A stretch of DNA of 64,000 nt from Antedon mediterranea (GCF_964355755.1 NC_092678.1:22895365-22959364), one strand, 5' to 3'. Shown: positions 13,601-27,453, numbered from the stretch's first letter. Translations and numbers: made by a program. The notes: generated from the sequence alone by a model not told the origin.

Positions 13601-16600
13601 CAAGTGAATCCCAGGAACAATCCGCCATTTTCTCACAAAAATACAGTATCAAATTTCACTATATTTTAAAAATCGTAAATGAGTTACACTCAAATTTTAA
13701 AGATGATGAGGGCTGAGTAAACGGGACCAGTGGTCCCACTCTAACTTATACTGGACAACTAAGGAGGTACCCTAGTATAATCCCACCAAGTGACTCCCAG
13801 GAACAATCCGCCATTTTCTCACAAATACAGTCTCAAACTTCACTATATTTTTTTAATCGTAAATGAGTTACACTCAAATTTAAAAGATGAGGGCTGAGTA
13901 AACGGTACCAGTGGTCCCACTCTAATTTATATTGGACGACTACGGAGGTACCTTAGTATAATTCCACCAAGTGACTCCCAGGAACAATCCGCCATTTTCT
14001 CACAAATACAGTTTCAAATTTAACTATATTTTAAAAATTGTAATTGAGGTACACTCAAATTTTAAAGATGAGGGCTGAGTAAACGGGACGAGTGGTCCCA
14101 CTCTAACTTATACTGGACGACTAAGGGGGTACCCTAGTATAATCCCACCAAGTGGCTCCTAGGAACAATCAGCCATTTTCTTACAAATACAGTATCAAAA
14201 TTTCACTATATTTTAAAAATCGTAAATGAGAGCCCCTTTCTCACAGAGTTGTGTGCCAGGAATATTGCGGGAATATACCATTACCATGCCGGTATCGTTT
14301 TCTGTGAGAACGGGTCGTCTTGGCATCATGCCGGCACCATGCCGGCATCGACATGACCTGCTTTAGACCTATAGTAATATTCTAGGGATATTCCCCGCAA
14401 TGCCAGACGGGCATTCTGTGAGAACGTATCGCCGTTATATTCCGGGGTTCCCCGTCGAGGCTTTGACACCTTGCGCGGTCAAGTGTATCACTTTGGCGCC
14501 TATTCAATTCAATTAACAATAATAATGTCGAACTGGAGGGATAATGAGATAAGAGAGCTGCTTAAAATAAGGGGACAAGAAGAAATTTGTAGCATAATCT
14601 ATAGGCCGCTAGGCTAGGCCATTAGCTCTTTGTTTGTTGGTGCCTGACCTTTCGTCACCTTGTAAATTGTAGGCCTACAGCCTTCTAAGGTGTTTTACAG
14701 ATTGCCGATGACGGCAAATTAATTGCTATACCTGTATAATATATGCACAATATACTGTACATAGCATGTATTGCATAAATATGCTATAAAGGAAGATAAT
14801 AATCTGTAACTTAACATTCGCCGCCATATCATCGCTAGACAAAAATAATAACAATAAAGGACGCCCTCAATAATTATTTTGTCAGAGACTTTTTATTGGC
14901 CGAATATGCCCGACTCCTTTCTCACAGAAAGCCGGTATATACCGGTTATATTTCCGGCACGATAGTCCGATGAGAATGGGTATATGCCGGTAACGATACC
15001 GGCACGACGCCAGCACTGTACCGGTATATTGCAGGTACATCTGTGAGAAAGGGGCTCAAGTGAATCCCAGGAACAATCCGCCATTTTCTCACAAAAATAC
15101 AGTATCAAATTTCACTATATTTTAAAAATCGTAAATGAGTTACATTCAAATTTAAAAGATGAGGGCTGAGTAAACGGGACCAGTGGTCGTACTCTAACTT
15201 ATACTGGACGACTAAGGGGGTACCCTAGTATAATCCCACCAAGTGACTCTAAGGAACAATCCGCCGTTTTCTCACAAATACAGTATCAAATTTCACTATA
15301 TTTTAAAAATCGTAAATGAGTTACACTCAAATTTTAAAGATGATGAGGGCTGAGTAAACGGGACCAGTGGTCCCACTCTAACTTATACTGGACAACTAAG
15401 GAGGTACCCTAGTATAATCCCACCAAGTGACTCCCAGGAACAATCCGCCATTTTCTCACAAATACAGTCTCAAACTTCACTATATTTTTTTAATCGTAAA
15501 TGAGTTACACTCAAATTTAAAAGATGAGGGCTGAGTAAACGGTACCAGTGGTCCCACTCTAATTTATATTGGACGACTACGGAGGTACCTTAGTATAATT
15601 CCACCAAGTGATCGACTCCCAGGAACAATCCGCCATTTTCTCACAAATACAGTTTCAAATTTAACTATATTTTAAAAATTGTAATTGAGGTACACTCAAA
15701 TTTTAAAGATGAGGGCTGAGTAAACGGGACCAGTGGTCCCACTTTAACTTATACAGGATGACTAAAGAGGTACCCTAGTAAAATCCCACCAAGTGACTCT
15801 CAGGAAAAATCCGCCGTTTTTTCACAAATACAGTATCAAATTTCACTATATTTTAAAAATCGTAAATGAGTTACACTCAAATTTTAAAGATGAGGGCTGA
15901 GTAAACGGGACGAGTGGTCCCACTCTAACTTATACTGGACGACTAAGGGGGTACCCTAGTATAATCCCACCAAGTGGCTCCTAGGAACAATCAGCCATTT
16001 TCTCACAAATACAGTACCAAATTTCACTATATTTTAAAATATTAATCGTAATTGAGTTACACTCAAATTTTAAAGATAAGGGCTGAGTAAACGGGACCAG
16101 TGGTCCCACTCTAACTTAAACTGGACAACTAAGGAGGTACCCTAGTATAATCCCACCAAGTGACTCTCGGGAACAATCCGCCATTTTCTCACAAATACAG
16201 TATCAAATTTCACTATATTTTAAAATATTAATCGTAATTGAGTTACACTCAAATTTTAAAGATAAGAGCTGAGTAAACGGGACCAGTGGTCCCACTCTAA
16301 CTTAAACTGGACAACTAAGGGGGTACCCTAGTATAATCCCACCAAGTGACTCTCGGGGAACAATCCGCCATTTTCTCACAAATACAGTATCAAATTTCAC
16401 TATATTTTAAAATATTAATCGTAATTGAGTTACACTCAAACGTTAAAGATGAGGGCTGAGTAAACGGGACCAGTGGTCCCACTCTAACTTAAACTGGACA
16501 ACTAAGGAGGTACCCTAGTATAATCCCACCAAGTGACTCTCGGGAACAGTCTGCCATTTTCTCACAAATACAGTATCAAATTTCACTATATTTTAAAATA

Positions 16601-19600
16601 TTAATCGTAATTGAGTTACACTCAAATTTTAAAGATAAGGGCTGAGTAAACGGGACCAGTGGTCCCACTCTAGCTTAAACTGGACAACTTATAAGGAGGT
16701 ACCCTAGTATAATCCCACCAAGTGACTCTCGGGAACAATCCGCCATTTTCTCACAAATACAGTATCAAATTTCACTATATTTTAAAATATTAATCGTAAT
16801 TGAGTTACACTCAAACGTTAAAGATGAGGGCTGAGTAAACGGGACCAGTGGTCCCACTCTAACTTCTACTGGACAACTAAGGAGGTACCCTAGTATAATC
16901 CCACCAAGTGACTCCCAGGAACAATCCGCCATTTTCTCACAAATACAGTATCAATTTTCACTATATTTTAACATTTTTTACCGTAATTGAGTTACACTCA
17001 AATTTAAAAGATGACGGCTGAGTAAACGGAACCAGTGGTCGCACTCTAACTTATACTGGACGACTAAGGATGTACCTTAGTATAATCTCACCATGTGACT
17101 CCCAGGAACAATCCGCCGTTTTCTCACAAATACAGTATCTAATTTCACTATATTTTTAAAATCGTAAATGAGTTACACTCAAATTTAAAAGATGAGGGCT
17201 GAGTAAACGGGACCAGTGGTCCCACTCTAACTTATACTGGACAACTAAGGAGGTACCCTAGTATAATCCCACCAAGTGACTCTCAGGAACAATCCGCCGT
17301 TTTCTCACAAATACAGTATCAAATTTCACTATATTTTAAAAATCGTAAATGAGTTACACTCAAATTTAAAAGATGAGGGCTGAGTAAACGGTACCAGTGG
17401 TCCCACTCTAATTTATATTGGACGACTACGGAGGTACCTTAGTATAATTCCACCAAGTGACTCCCAGGAACAATCCGCCATTATTTTTCTCACAAATACA
17501 GTATCAAATTTAACTATATTTTAAAAATTGTAATTGAGGTACACTCAAATTTTAAAGATGAGGGCTGAGTAAACGGGACCAGTGGTCCCACTTTAACTTA
17601 TACAGGATGACTAAAGAGGTACCCTAGTAAAATCCCACCAAGTGACTCTCAGGAAAAATCCGCCGTTTTTTCACAAATACAGTATCAAATTTCACTATAT
17701 TTTAAAAATCGTAAATGAGTTACACTCAAGTTTTAAAGATGAGGGCTGAGTAAACGGGACGAGTGGTCCCACTCTAACTTATACTGGACGACTAAGGGGG
17801 TACCCTAGTATAATCCCACCAAGTGGCTCCTAGGAACAATCAGCCATTTTCTCACAAATACAGTACCAAATTTCACTATATTTTAAAATATTAATCGTAA
17901 TTGAGTTACACTCAAATTTTAAAGATAAGGGCTGAGTAAACGGGACCAGTGGTCCCACTCTAACTTAAACTGGACAACTAAGGAGGTACCCTAGTATAAT
18001 CCCACCAAGTGACTCTCGGGAACAATCCGCCATTTTCTCACAAATACAGTATCAAATTTCACTATACTTTAAAATATTAATCGTAATTGAGTTACACTCA
18101 AATTTTAAAGATAAGAGCTGAGTAAACGGGACCAGTGGTCCCACTCTAACTTAAACTGGACAACTAAGGGGGTACCCTAGTATAATCCCACCAAGTGACT
18201 CTCGGGAACAATCCGCCATTTTCTCACAAATACAGTATCAAATTTCACTATATTTTAAAATATTAATCGTAATTGAGTTACACTCAAACGTTAAAGATGA
18301 GGGCTGAGTAAACGGGACCAGTGGTCCCACTCTAACTTAAACTGGACAACTAAGGAGGTACCCTAGTATAATCCCACCAAGTGACTCTCGGGAACAGTCT
18401 GCCATTTTCTCACAAATACAGTATCAAATTTCACTATATTTTAAAATATTAATCGTAATTGAGTTACACTCAAATTTTAAAGATAAGGGCTGAGTAAACG
18501 GGACCAGTGGTCCCACTCTAGCTTAAACTGGACAACTTATAAGGAGGTACCCTAGTATAATCCCACCAAGTGACTCTCGGGAACAATCCGCCATTTTCTC
18601 ACAAATACAGTATCAAATTTCACTATATTTTAAAATATTAATCGTAATTGAGTTACACTCAAACGTTAAAGATGAGGGCTGAGTAAACGGGACCAGTGGT
18701 CCCACTCTAACTTCTACTGGACAACTAAGGAGGTACCCTAGTATAATCCCACCAAGTGACTCCCAGGAACAATCCGCCATTTTCTCACAAATACAGTATC
18801 AATTTTCACTATATTTTAACATTTTTTACCGTAATTGAGTTACACTCAAATTTAAAAGATGACGGCTGAGTAAACGGAACCAGTGGTCGCACTCTAACTT
18901 ATACTGGACGACTAAGGATGTACCTTAGTATAATCTCACCATGTGACTCCCAGGAACAATCCGCCGTTTTCTCACAAATACAGTATCTAATTTCACTATA
19001 TTTTTAAAATCGTAAATGAGTTACACTCAAATTTAAAAGATGAGGGCTGAGTAAACGGGACCAGTGGTCCCACTCTAACTTATACTGGACAACTAAGGAG
19101 GTACCCTAGTATAATCCCACCAAGTGACTCTCAGGAACAATTCGCCGTTTTCTCACAAATACAGTATCAAATTTCACTATATTTTAAAAATCGTAAATGA
19201 GTTACACTCAAATTTAAAAGATGAGGGCTGAGTAAACGGTACCAGTGGTCCCACTCTAATTTATATTGGACGACTACGGAGGTACCTTAGTATAATTCCA
19301 CCAAGTGACTCCCAGGAACAATCCGCCATTTTCTCACAAATACAGTATCAAATTTAACTATATTTTAAAAATTGTAATTGAGGTACACTCAAATTTTAAA
19401 GATGAGGGCTGAGTAAACGGGACCAGTGGTCCCACTTTAACTTATACAGGATGACTAAAGAGGTACCCTAGTAAAATCCCACCAAGTGACTCTCAGGAAA
19501 AATCCGCCGTTTTTTCACAAATACAGTATCAAATTTCACTATATTTTAAAAATCGTAAATGAGTTACACTCAAATTTTAAAGATGAGGGCTGAGTAAACG

Positions 19601-21378
19601 GGACGAGTGGTCCCACTCTAACTTATACTGGACGACTAAGGGGGTACCCTAGTATAATCCCACCAAGTGGCTCCTAGGAACAATCAGCCATTTTCTCACA
19701 AATACAGTACCAAATTTCACTATATTTTAAAATATTAATCGTAATTGAGTTACACTCAAATTTTAAAGATAAGGGCTGAGTAAACGGGACCAGTGGTCCC
19801 ACTCTAACTTAAACTGGACAACTAAGGAGGTACCCTAGTATAATCCCACCAAGTGACTCTCGGGAACAATCCGCCATTTTCTCACAAATACAGTATCAAA
19901 TTTCACTATATTTTAAAATATTAATCGTAATTGAGTTACACTCAAATTTTAAAGATAAGAGCTGAGTAAACGGGACCAGTGGTCCCACTCTAACTTAAAC
20001 TGGACAACTAAGGGGGTACCCTAGTATAATCCCACCAAGTGACTCTCGGGAACAATCCGCCATTTTCTCACAAATACAGTATCAAATTTCACTATATTTT
20101 AAAATATTAATCGTAATTGAGTTACACTCAAACGTTAAAGATGAGGGCTGAGTAAACGGGACCAGTGGTCCCACTCTAACTTAAACTGGACAACTAAGGA
20201 GGTACCCTAGTATAATCCCACCAAGTGACTCTCGGGAACAGTCTGCCATTTTCTCACAAATACAGTATCAAATTTCACTATATTTTAAAATATTAATCGT
20301 AATTGAGTTACACTCAAATTTTAAAGATAAGGGCTGAGTAAACGGGACCAGTGGTCCCACTCTAGCTTAAACTGGACAACTTATAAGGAGGTACCCTAGT
20401 ATAATCCCACCAAGTGACTCTCGGGAAAAATCCGCCATTTTCTCACAAATACAGTATCAAATTTCACTATATTTTAAAATATTAATCGTAATTGAGTTAC
20501 ACTCAAACGTTAAAGATGAGGGCTGAGTAAACGGGACCAGTGGTCCCACTCTAACTTCTACTGGACAACTAAGGAGGTACCCTAGTATAATCCCACCAAG
20601 TGACTCCCAGGAACAATCCGCCATTTTCTCACAAATACAGTATCAATTTTCACTATATTTTAACATTTTTTACCGTAATTGAGTTACACTCAAATTTAAA
20701 AGATGACGGCTGAGTAAACGGAACCAGTGGTCGCACTCTAACTTATACTGGACGACTAAGGATGTACCTTAGTATAATCTCACCATGTGACTCCCAGGAA
20801 CAATCCGCCGTTTTCTCACAAATACAGTATCTAATTTCACTATATTTTAAAAATCGTAAATGAGTTACACTCAAATTTAAAAGATGAGGGCTGAGTAAAC
20901 GGTACCAGTGGTCCCACTCTAACTTATACTGTACGACTATCTAAGGAGGTACCCTAGTATAATCCCACCAAGTGACTCCCAGGAACAATCCGCCATTTTC
21001 TCACCAATACAGTTTCAAATTTAACTATATTTTAAAAATTGTAATTGAGTTACACTCAAATTTTAAAGATGAGGGCTAAAGTAAACGGGACCAGTGGTCG
21101 CACTCTAACTTATACTGGACGACTAAGGAGGTACCCTAGTATAATCCCACCAAGTGACTCCCAGGAACAATCCGCCATTTTCTCACAAATACAGTTTCAA
21201 ATTTAACTAGGCCTATATTTTAAAAATCGTAATTGAGTTACACTCAAATTTTAAAGATGAGGGCTGAGTAAACGGGACCAGTGGTCCCACTCTAACTTAT
21301 ACTGGACGACTAATGGGGTACCCTAGTATAATCCCACCAAGTGAATCCAAGGAACAATCCGCCGTTTTTCTCACAAAT
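7665..21378. repeat. Satellite DNA, ~70 head-to-tail monomers of 181 bp (variants ~185 bp)
   Basis: The 181-bp period is read directly (taattgag/taaatgag at 7671, 7852, 8033). The monomer contains the palindrome GGGACCA-G-TGGTCCC and a KpnI site. There are no unique spacers. Confidence 0.98.
14230..15057. mobile_element. MITE with 18-bp perfect TIRs (PIF/Harbinger-like) inserted in the satellite
   Basis: GAGCCCCTTTCTCACAGA ... TCTGTGAGAAAGGGGCTC, with internal subterminal repeats of ctgtgagaa/ttctcacag. There is no transposase ORF and no matching TSD. Confidence 0.85.
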
Positions 21379-21540
21379 ATTTAATTCCTAATACCATAAA
21401 AGCCATAAGTAAAAATGAAAATGTAAAGAATGCACAAACGGCGTTTCATAGTTATTGTTGGCTGGAAAAAATAAAAGTGGGCTGGCTTATTGTTGGCTGG
21501 CTTATTGTTGGCTAGCTTGACACTAAGCGAGAGCTGAGCT

Positions 21541-22055
21541 AGCCATAACTGTATAAAAAGAGGGGTGAATTTGTGTGTATTTTGTATTGGTTCATGCTTT
21601 GATGTATCCTAACTTGCATGTTATTTTTCATTATTATAAAAACTATATAAATCCAAAGGCAAATTACTGAAAAATGACAATTCTGTGGGTATCAGTGGCT
21701 GGATCTCAATGGAGATACAAAAATTAAAAAAAGCGAAAAGCTAAATTAAAACGATAAAGTAAAACAGCCAAAAAAGTTAGCAGAGCTTTCGGGCAACACT
21801 AGCCCTTCATCAGTGCAAGTGAAAATATATATATATATATTTGTTACCAAATCAATACCATTAATAAATTAATTACTAAAATAAAAACGAATCTTAGCGT
21901 TATTTTATAGACAACAAAATCTAAAAATAATGCATGAACTACAGGAAAACGCTATCAAAAATAAACGCGCGCGCCCTCAGCGTGCGAATTCTTTGACACA
22001 AAAATGGCTTCTAATCTTCAAAGTCGTAACTCTTTATATGGCCGGCTCTGGTTGG
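21541..22055 (+). repeat. Dispersed repeat, direct copy at 28361-28707
   Basis: Shared agccata..ctgtataaaaagaggggtgaatttgtgtg ... cgcgcgcgccctcagcgtgcgaattctttgacacaaaaatggcttc. This copy has an extra ~180-bp insert at ~21650-21825. Confidence 0.85.
21777..21818 (-). ncRNA. Minimal type I hammerhead ribozyme motif, Penelope-like element type
   Basis: Minus strand reads ttgca-CTGATGA-a-gggc(tagtgtt)gccc-GAAA-gc-TC-tgctaa: catalytic boxes, stem II, a palindromic AGCT stem III and a short stem I. Confidence 0.7.
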
Positions 22056-22680
22056 CGCCAGAGCCATATAAAGAGTTATGACTTTGAATGGATTAGAAGC
22101 CCTGTTTGTGTCCAACTATTCCTATGTAGAGTATGGAGTCTTTTGTTTTGAAAATGTATAACGTTCAAAAGGCTTTAACTATCGAATTTAACATCAAAAC
22201 AATCAATTTGTTTAAAGGTTTTTGTTAAAATAATAAAAAAATTATAAAGTTACTGCGAACATGATTTTAAACAAAAAAAATAGCAATTACGGAACGGCTA
22301 TGGCTGTGCGCTCCATGCACGCTCTACGCGTGCGCGTTTAGTTTGTACAGCGATTCTCTATTAGTAATGCATTGTTTTTACATTTTGTTGTATAAAATCA
22401 TGTTCGCAGTAACTTTATAGTTCCGTTATTATCTTTATCAAAAACCTTTAAACAAATTGATTGTTTTGATCTTAAATTCGATATTTAAAGCCTTGTGAAA
22501 GTTATACATTTTAAAAGCAAAGGACTCGACTCCATACTCTACATATGCATAGTTGGACACAAACATGGCCGGCGTGCACATCACGTGACTTTCTAAAATC
22601 CGTGATCGCAAATGCCGTAACTCTTTATATACATGGCTCTGCTGGTTGGCGCCAGAGCCATATATATAAAGAGTTACGAC
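22023..22680. repeat. Foldback structure: ~180-bp inverted arms flanked by two related ~60-bp palindromes
   Basis: 22103-22280 is inverted to 22383-22565. The palindromes gtcgtaactctttatatggc..gccatataaagagttatgac lie at 22023-22082 and ~22614-22680. Confidence 0.8.
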
Positions 22681-24797
22681 ATTGGATTATAGTCACGTGA
22701 TATGCAGATCAATTTGTGTCAAACTTGTCTCCGTTAATGCATGTAAAGTATAGGAGCAAGAAAATACTTTAAACTTTTTCTTATATTTAAAAAAAATGTA
22801 ATTGCACATTTTACGGTGAAATATCGATGTGTACAGCGCAAAGATACTATAGTGCCACGAAGTGGCGCAAGATAGGGAAGTCCTATCTCTTATACACTGC
22901 GCATGAGTGAAATTCCATGGGCAGCCATTCCGGCAAGCAAGTTACGCGATCACATACCCCGGAAGTGTATAATAAACCATTGAACCACATCCACGTGTGA
23001 CGTGTTATTGTTTGTTCGGGAAGTTTTCTCGTGTTGTATTGGGTAAATTGTAGTGGTAAGTTTTTAGAATATATATTTTTTTGTTAGTAAACATTAACAA
23101 AATTATTAAATTGTTGTTTAAATTTAGTTCAGGCAGGCGTTTCTGCGCAATCCGATCTAGGGCCTAGATAGTAGTAGGCCTAGGCATATTTAATGCCGAA
23201 TACTAGGCCTAGTTTAGTTAGTATGATTAATAAAAAAAAGTCTGGGAGGATGAATGATATTGATTGGCGTCTTGATAGATGGATCAAACAAAGCTTGGAT
23301 GGATGGAAGATTAAGAAAAAAACTGAAGCTGTTCGGGAATTAGGAGTTTTTAATAAAAATGTACAAGACAATATAGCGTTTTATTAATAATAACATTAAC
23401 AGAAATAATTAAATGTAATGAAATAAAAAATCGTGAGGATGTTATTGTTTGTTTTTTTTTTTTTAATAAATTTAAATTATAAATTTGATCCTCATATTTA
23501 TTTTGTTCTTCATCTTTATTTGAAAAATATTTAGTTAATTAATGTAAACATTTTTGAATACTTACAATATTAATAAATAGTAGGCTATTGACTTTTGTTT
23601 TGAATTTAAAAATGTATAGTATTTTAAAATACTATAATAAGTAATCAAATGATTATGTAACAGTTCGAAAAGTGACCAAATAATTTAATGATATATTTTT
23701 CCCTATTTCAGAAAGATGTCTGTCGTCATACTGTAAAATTGAGAAGATAGATGATTGAGTGCAAAGTGGTATTTTACACAAGAATTAAATACAAAGGCCA
23801 ATAGTAATAATAGTTTATATTTTTGATTCTTGAAAAGGAGCAGTATCCTATGGGATTACAAATAAAATCACTATTTTCACACACCTCATACTTTAAAGTG
23901 AAAGGAAATAACCAGAATTCAGTTATTATCAGTACTGTTGTTTAGGCCTATTGGCTTCTTTTGTAATACAAGAAATCAAAATAATAGAATTTTCCTTGTA
24001 TTTAAGAAGGCTAAAACCATACATTCGTAATTTATTTATTGAGTGTATTTAATAATATTCCATCTTTATTTATTAATATTGTATAAAGTGAGATTTTTCA
24101 GTATTTTTATTGCATTTTAATCCTGTCTGTAATATTGAAAGTTGAGCTAATAAAAGTGGGTTGAAAAGAACAAATTATGATTATGAATTTTAAAAATTAA
24201 TATTTAATACTTTTACTTTTTTGAAATTAAAAAAATGTAACAATTGTTTTTGTATCTAGTAATGTATGTACAGTATACTAGAGTTGTGGCAGATCGTAGT
24301 AAAATTCCCCTTGCAATGAAATAACTTCGTAGGCCTGAAGCACACAAAATAGAAAGAGAGGGTCCGAACAGGGGAAAGAACATCCCCCTGCCCATCAATT
24401 TAAAAAAAAAATAATTATAAAGACAGTTTTGGACAATATATTTGGCAATTATTACAATTCATCTCCAAAAAATGCTTCTCTCGCACATAAACTAAGCCAT
24501 CATCCCAGCCTAGGCCAACGCGGCCGACCTTGGGCGTGAAGTGCGTATCATCGCGCTGCGCCCCGCGACACTATTTATAACTATGCCTCAACCGACTGCA
24601 TACAAAATTCGTCCTCCATACAGTCAGTGTTTATTCTGTAGCCGTTTGAGGTTGGACAGTGATATACGCATATGTACTGTAAGTGTAATATCAAATGGAG
24701 TAAATTTATATAATCGAATTTTATATAGATGTTCTTTCATTTTGACGCGAAAGATAAAATAAAGTCGTACTGTTTATCGCGTAGATGTAAATCCTAT

Positions 24798-27453
24798 TAG
24801 TCCAGTCAAAAATCACCCTCACCATGGTATAAGAACGTACCCTAATAAAATTTCATCCGTAGGTTCTACGTATATAGGTAATAACATTTCTTGATGTTGC
24901 GTCTTGCAAAACTTGGGATTTTACGAGAAAATATTAGACTTTTATACCCAATTTATAACCGCCTCATGTCGTATTATTGTGTACAGCGAATGCGACGAAG
25001 CGTGACTGAAATTACGAGACGCCGTTAGCGCCCGTTGAAAAATGCATTAACAAAGCTAAAAACCTACAAAACTAATAGTTTATACAATGATTTAAATATA
25101 GTTTACAATAAATTGTATAATAAAATACATAAAATATAGAGAAAACTCAAATATAAACTAAAATATTTACAGATATGTGTTTAAAAATGTACAAATCAAA
25201 ATGGCCTTCCATAAAATAAAGTGCGCCCTCACGAGTCATACTTTTATCGGACTTGTATGGAATGGTTATACAAGGCATTAATATACGAAACCCGATGCGA
25301 TTTGTTAGTTATTGCCTCTGCAAGAGGCAGAATATTATATTTTCACAAATATATTTCTATTTTTTATCATGGAAAAAAGGATTGTATATATTTAAACACA
25401 TTACAACCTCCAGTCTACCATCATGATGGATTAAGTAAATTGCGCCGTATTGTATATCTGCTAAAGCGTAATGATCTCCTAGTTAGGGCCTATCTACCTA
25501 GTTTTATTCTGGACATTCTTTTTTTTCACAGCATTACTTGCGTGGATATCACAATGCATTGTATATTCGCGATTATAGTCAATGTTAATTTGAGTGAGAA
25601 TCATTTTTATATGACAGTCCATTTCGCGTATACGATTTAAATGAATAAAGTCGTCTGAAATATTTTCTTATTGGTTAATCCTTGTGATTGTTAGTTTTGT
25701 TTAAGTTTCTTTGAATTGATTCATCCATATCGTATGATGTGTGAGACAATTTCGTCTTTTAGAAAATGTAATCCTGCCACCGAATATTCTTTATGTTTGA
25801 GACGTCTGACGGATAACTTTGTTATTCTTTTATGTTTAATAACTAATCTTCATCTTCACTTTTTGGGACAATAGCCTACATCTTTTAAGTTTAAAACGTC
25901 ATTTATAAGCAATTGAATAAGCCAACAAATTAAACTACAGTGTTCTTCCAAGCTTTATAAATATTATTCAAATTCATTAAAATGCGTCGGACTCGGCGGA
26001 AAACAATATTTGAAATAAATGTATATAAAAAGTTTTTTGTGGACTTTACTTTCTCGTCCCAAGTTAGAACTTTCAGGTCAGGCCGTGGAGGTGAACCAAT
26101 CGTTTATGACATGCTTTTGTGTATAAAATGTCCAATAATAATTATCATTGTAGGACTACTCTCCACCAAAAAAACTTTATAATGTATTTATTACGTCACG
26201 TCTTAAAAAAAGGAGAATTGGGTAATACAGTATGTTGTCGTTTCTCGCGAATCTTACATCACACTCCCACATCTCACTCTCTTTTATTTAGTGAAATGTG
26301 AATGGTGGAAAAACGGGAAAATACGTTAACTTTAGAATACTTTGAATTCTGGAAGACGACTTCGAACTTAAAGAATCGTCATGAATGACGTTTATTGGCT
26401 CAAACTTCACACATCGGTACGATGTGGAGGCCAGACGGATTCAGAGAGGATCAAACCGGCAACTCCTCCTCATTGGCAGTGGGGGAAGTGGTTGGTGGTG
26501 GCGGGTGAAAAGAGAAAATGAAAAATGTTGATTTAGACGAATCCCGACCAGCCCCTTTGATACGCTCTAAATAATTGTAGGAAAGTGAAAGGCCTACTTG
26601 AGGTAGTATCTTCGTATAGGCCTACGCGTAATTGATTATCCTTAAATGATTGGTTCTTACTCTAATTAAGATTATAATCGCGAATGGCAGTTCAAAATAT
26701 GCAATGCATTGTGATATCCACGCAAGGAATGCTGTGGAAACAAAAATGTCCAAAATAAAACCAGCAGAACTAGTAAATCATTACGCTCCAGCAGATATAC
26801 AAATATACACTTTATCCATCATGATGGTATACTGGAGGTTGTAATGTGTTTAAATATATACAATCCTTTTTTCCATGATAAAAAATATAAATAAATTTGT
26901 GAAAATAAAATATTCTGCCTCTTGCGTAAAAAAAAGGCAATTACTAATAAACCGCATCGGGTTTCGTACATTTATGCCTTGTATAACCATTCATATACAA
27001 GTCCGATAAAAGTATGACTCATGAGGGCGCACTTTATTTTATGGAAGGCCATTTTGATTTGTACATTTTTAAACACATATCTGTAAATATTTTAGTTTAT
27101 ATTTGAGTTTTCTCTATATGTTATGTATTTTATTATACAATTTATTGTAAACTATATTTAAATCATTGTATAAACTATTAGTTTTGTAGGTTTTTAGCTT
27201 TGTTAATGCATTTTTCAACGGGCGCTAACGGCGTCTCGTAATTTCAGTCACGCTTCGTCGCATTCGCTGTACACAATAATACGACATGAGGTGGTTATAA
27301 ATTAGGTATAAAAGTCTAATTTTCTCGTAAAATCCCAAGTTTTGCAAGACGCAACATCAAGAAATGTTATTACCTATATACATAGAACCTACGGGTGAAA
27401 TTTTATTAGGGTACGTTCTTATACCATGGTGAGGGTGATTTTTGCCTGGACTA
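24798..27453. mobile_element. Foldback element with ~785-bp TIRs and 3-bp TSD (Academ-like termini TAG..CTA)
   Basis: 24798-~25583 is the reverse complement of ~26670-27453, nearly identical over the outer portion. TAT lies on both flanks (24795-24797 and 27454-27456). Confidence 0.85.

Noticed and set aside
7665-21378. CRISPR array (regular repeats with an internal palindrome)
   Set aside because: The whole 181-bp unit repeats with no unique spacers, there are no cas genes, and the context is eukaryotic.
25221-25640. 139-aa ORF and other short ORFs within the transposon nest
   Set aside because: It lies in an inverted-repeat arm with no recognisable domain and is most likely a chance ORF.
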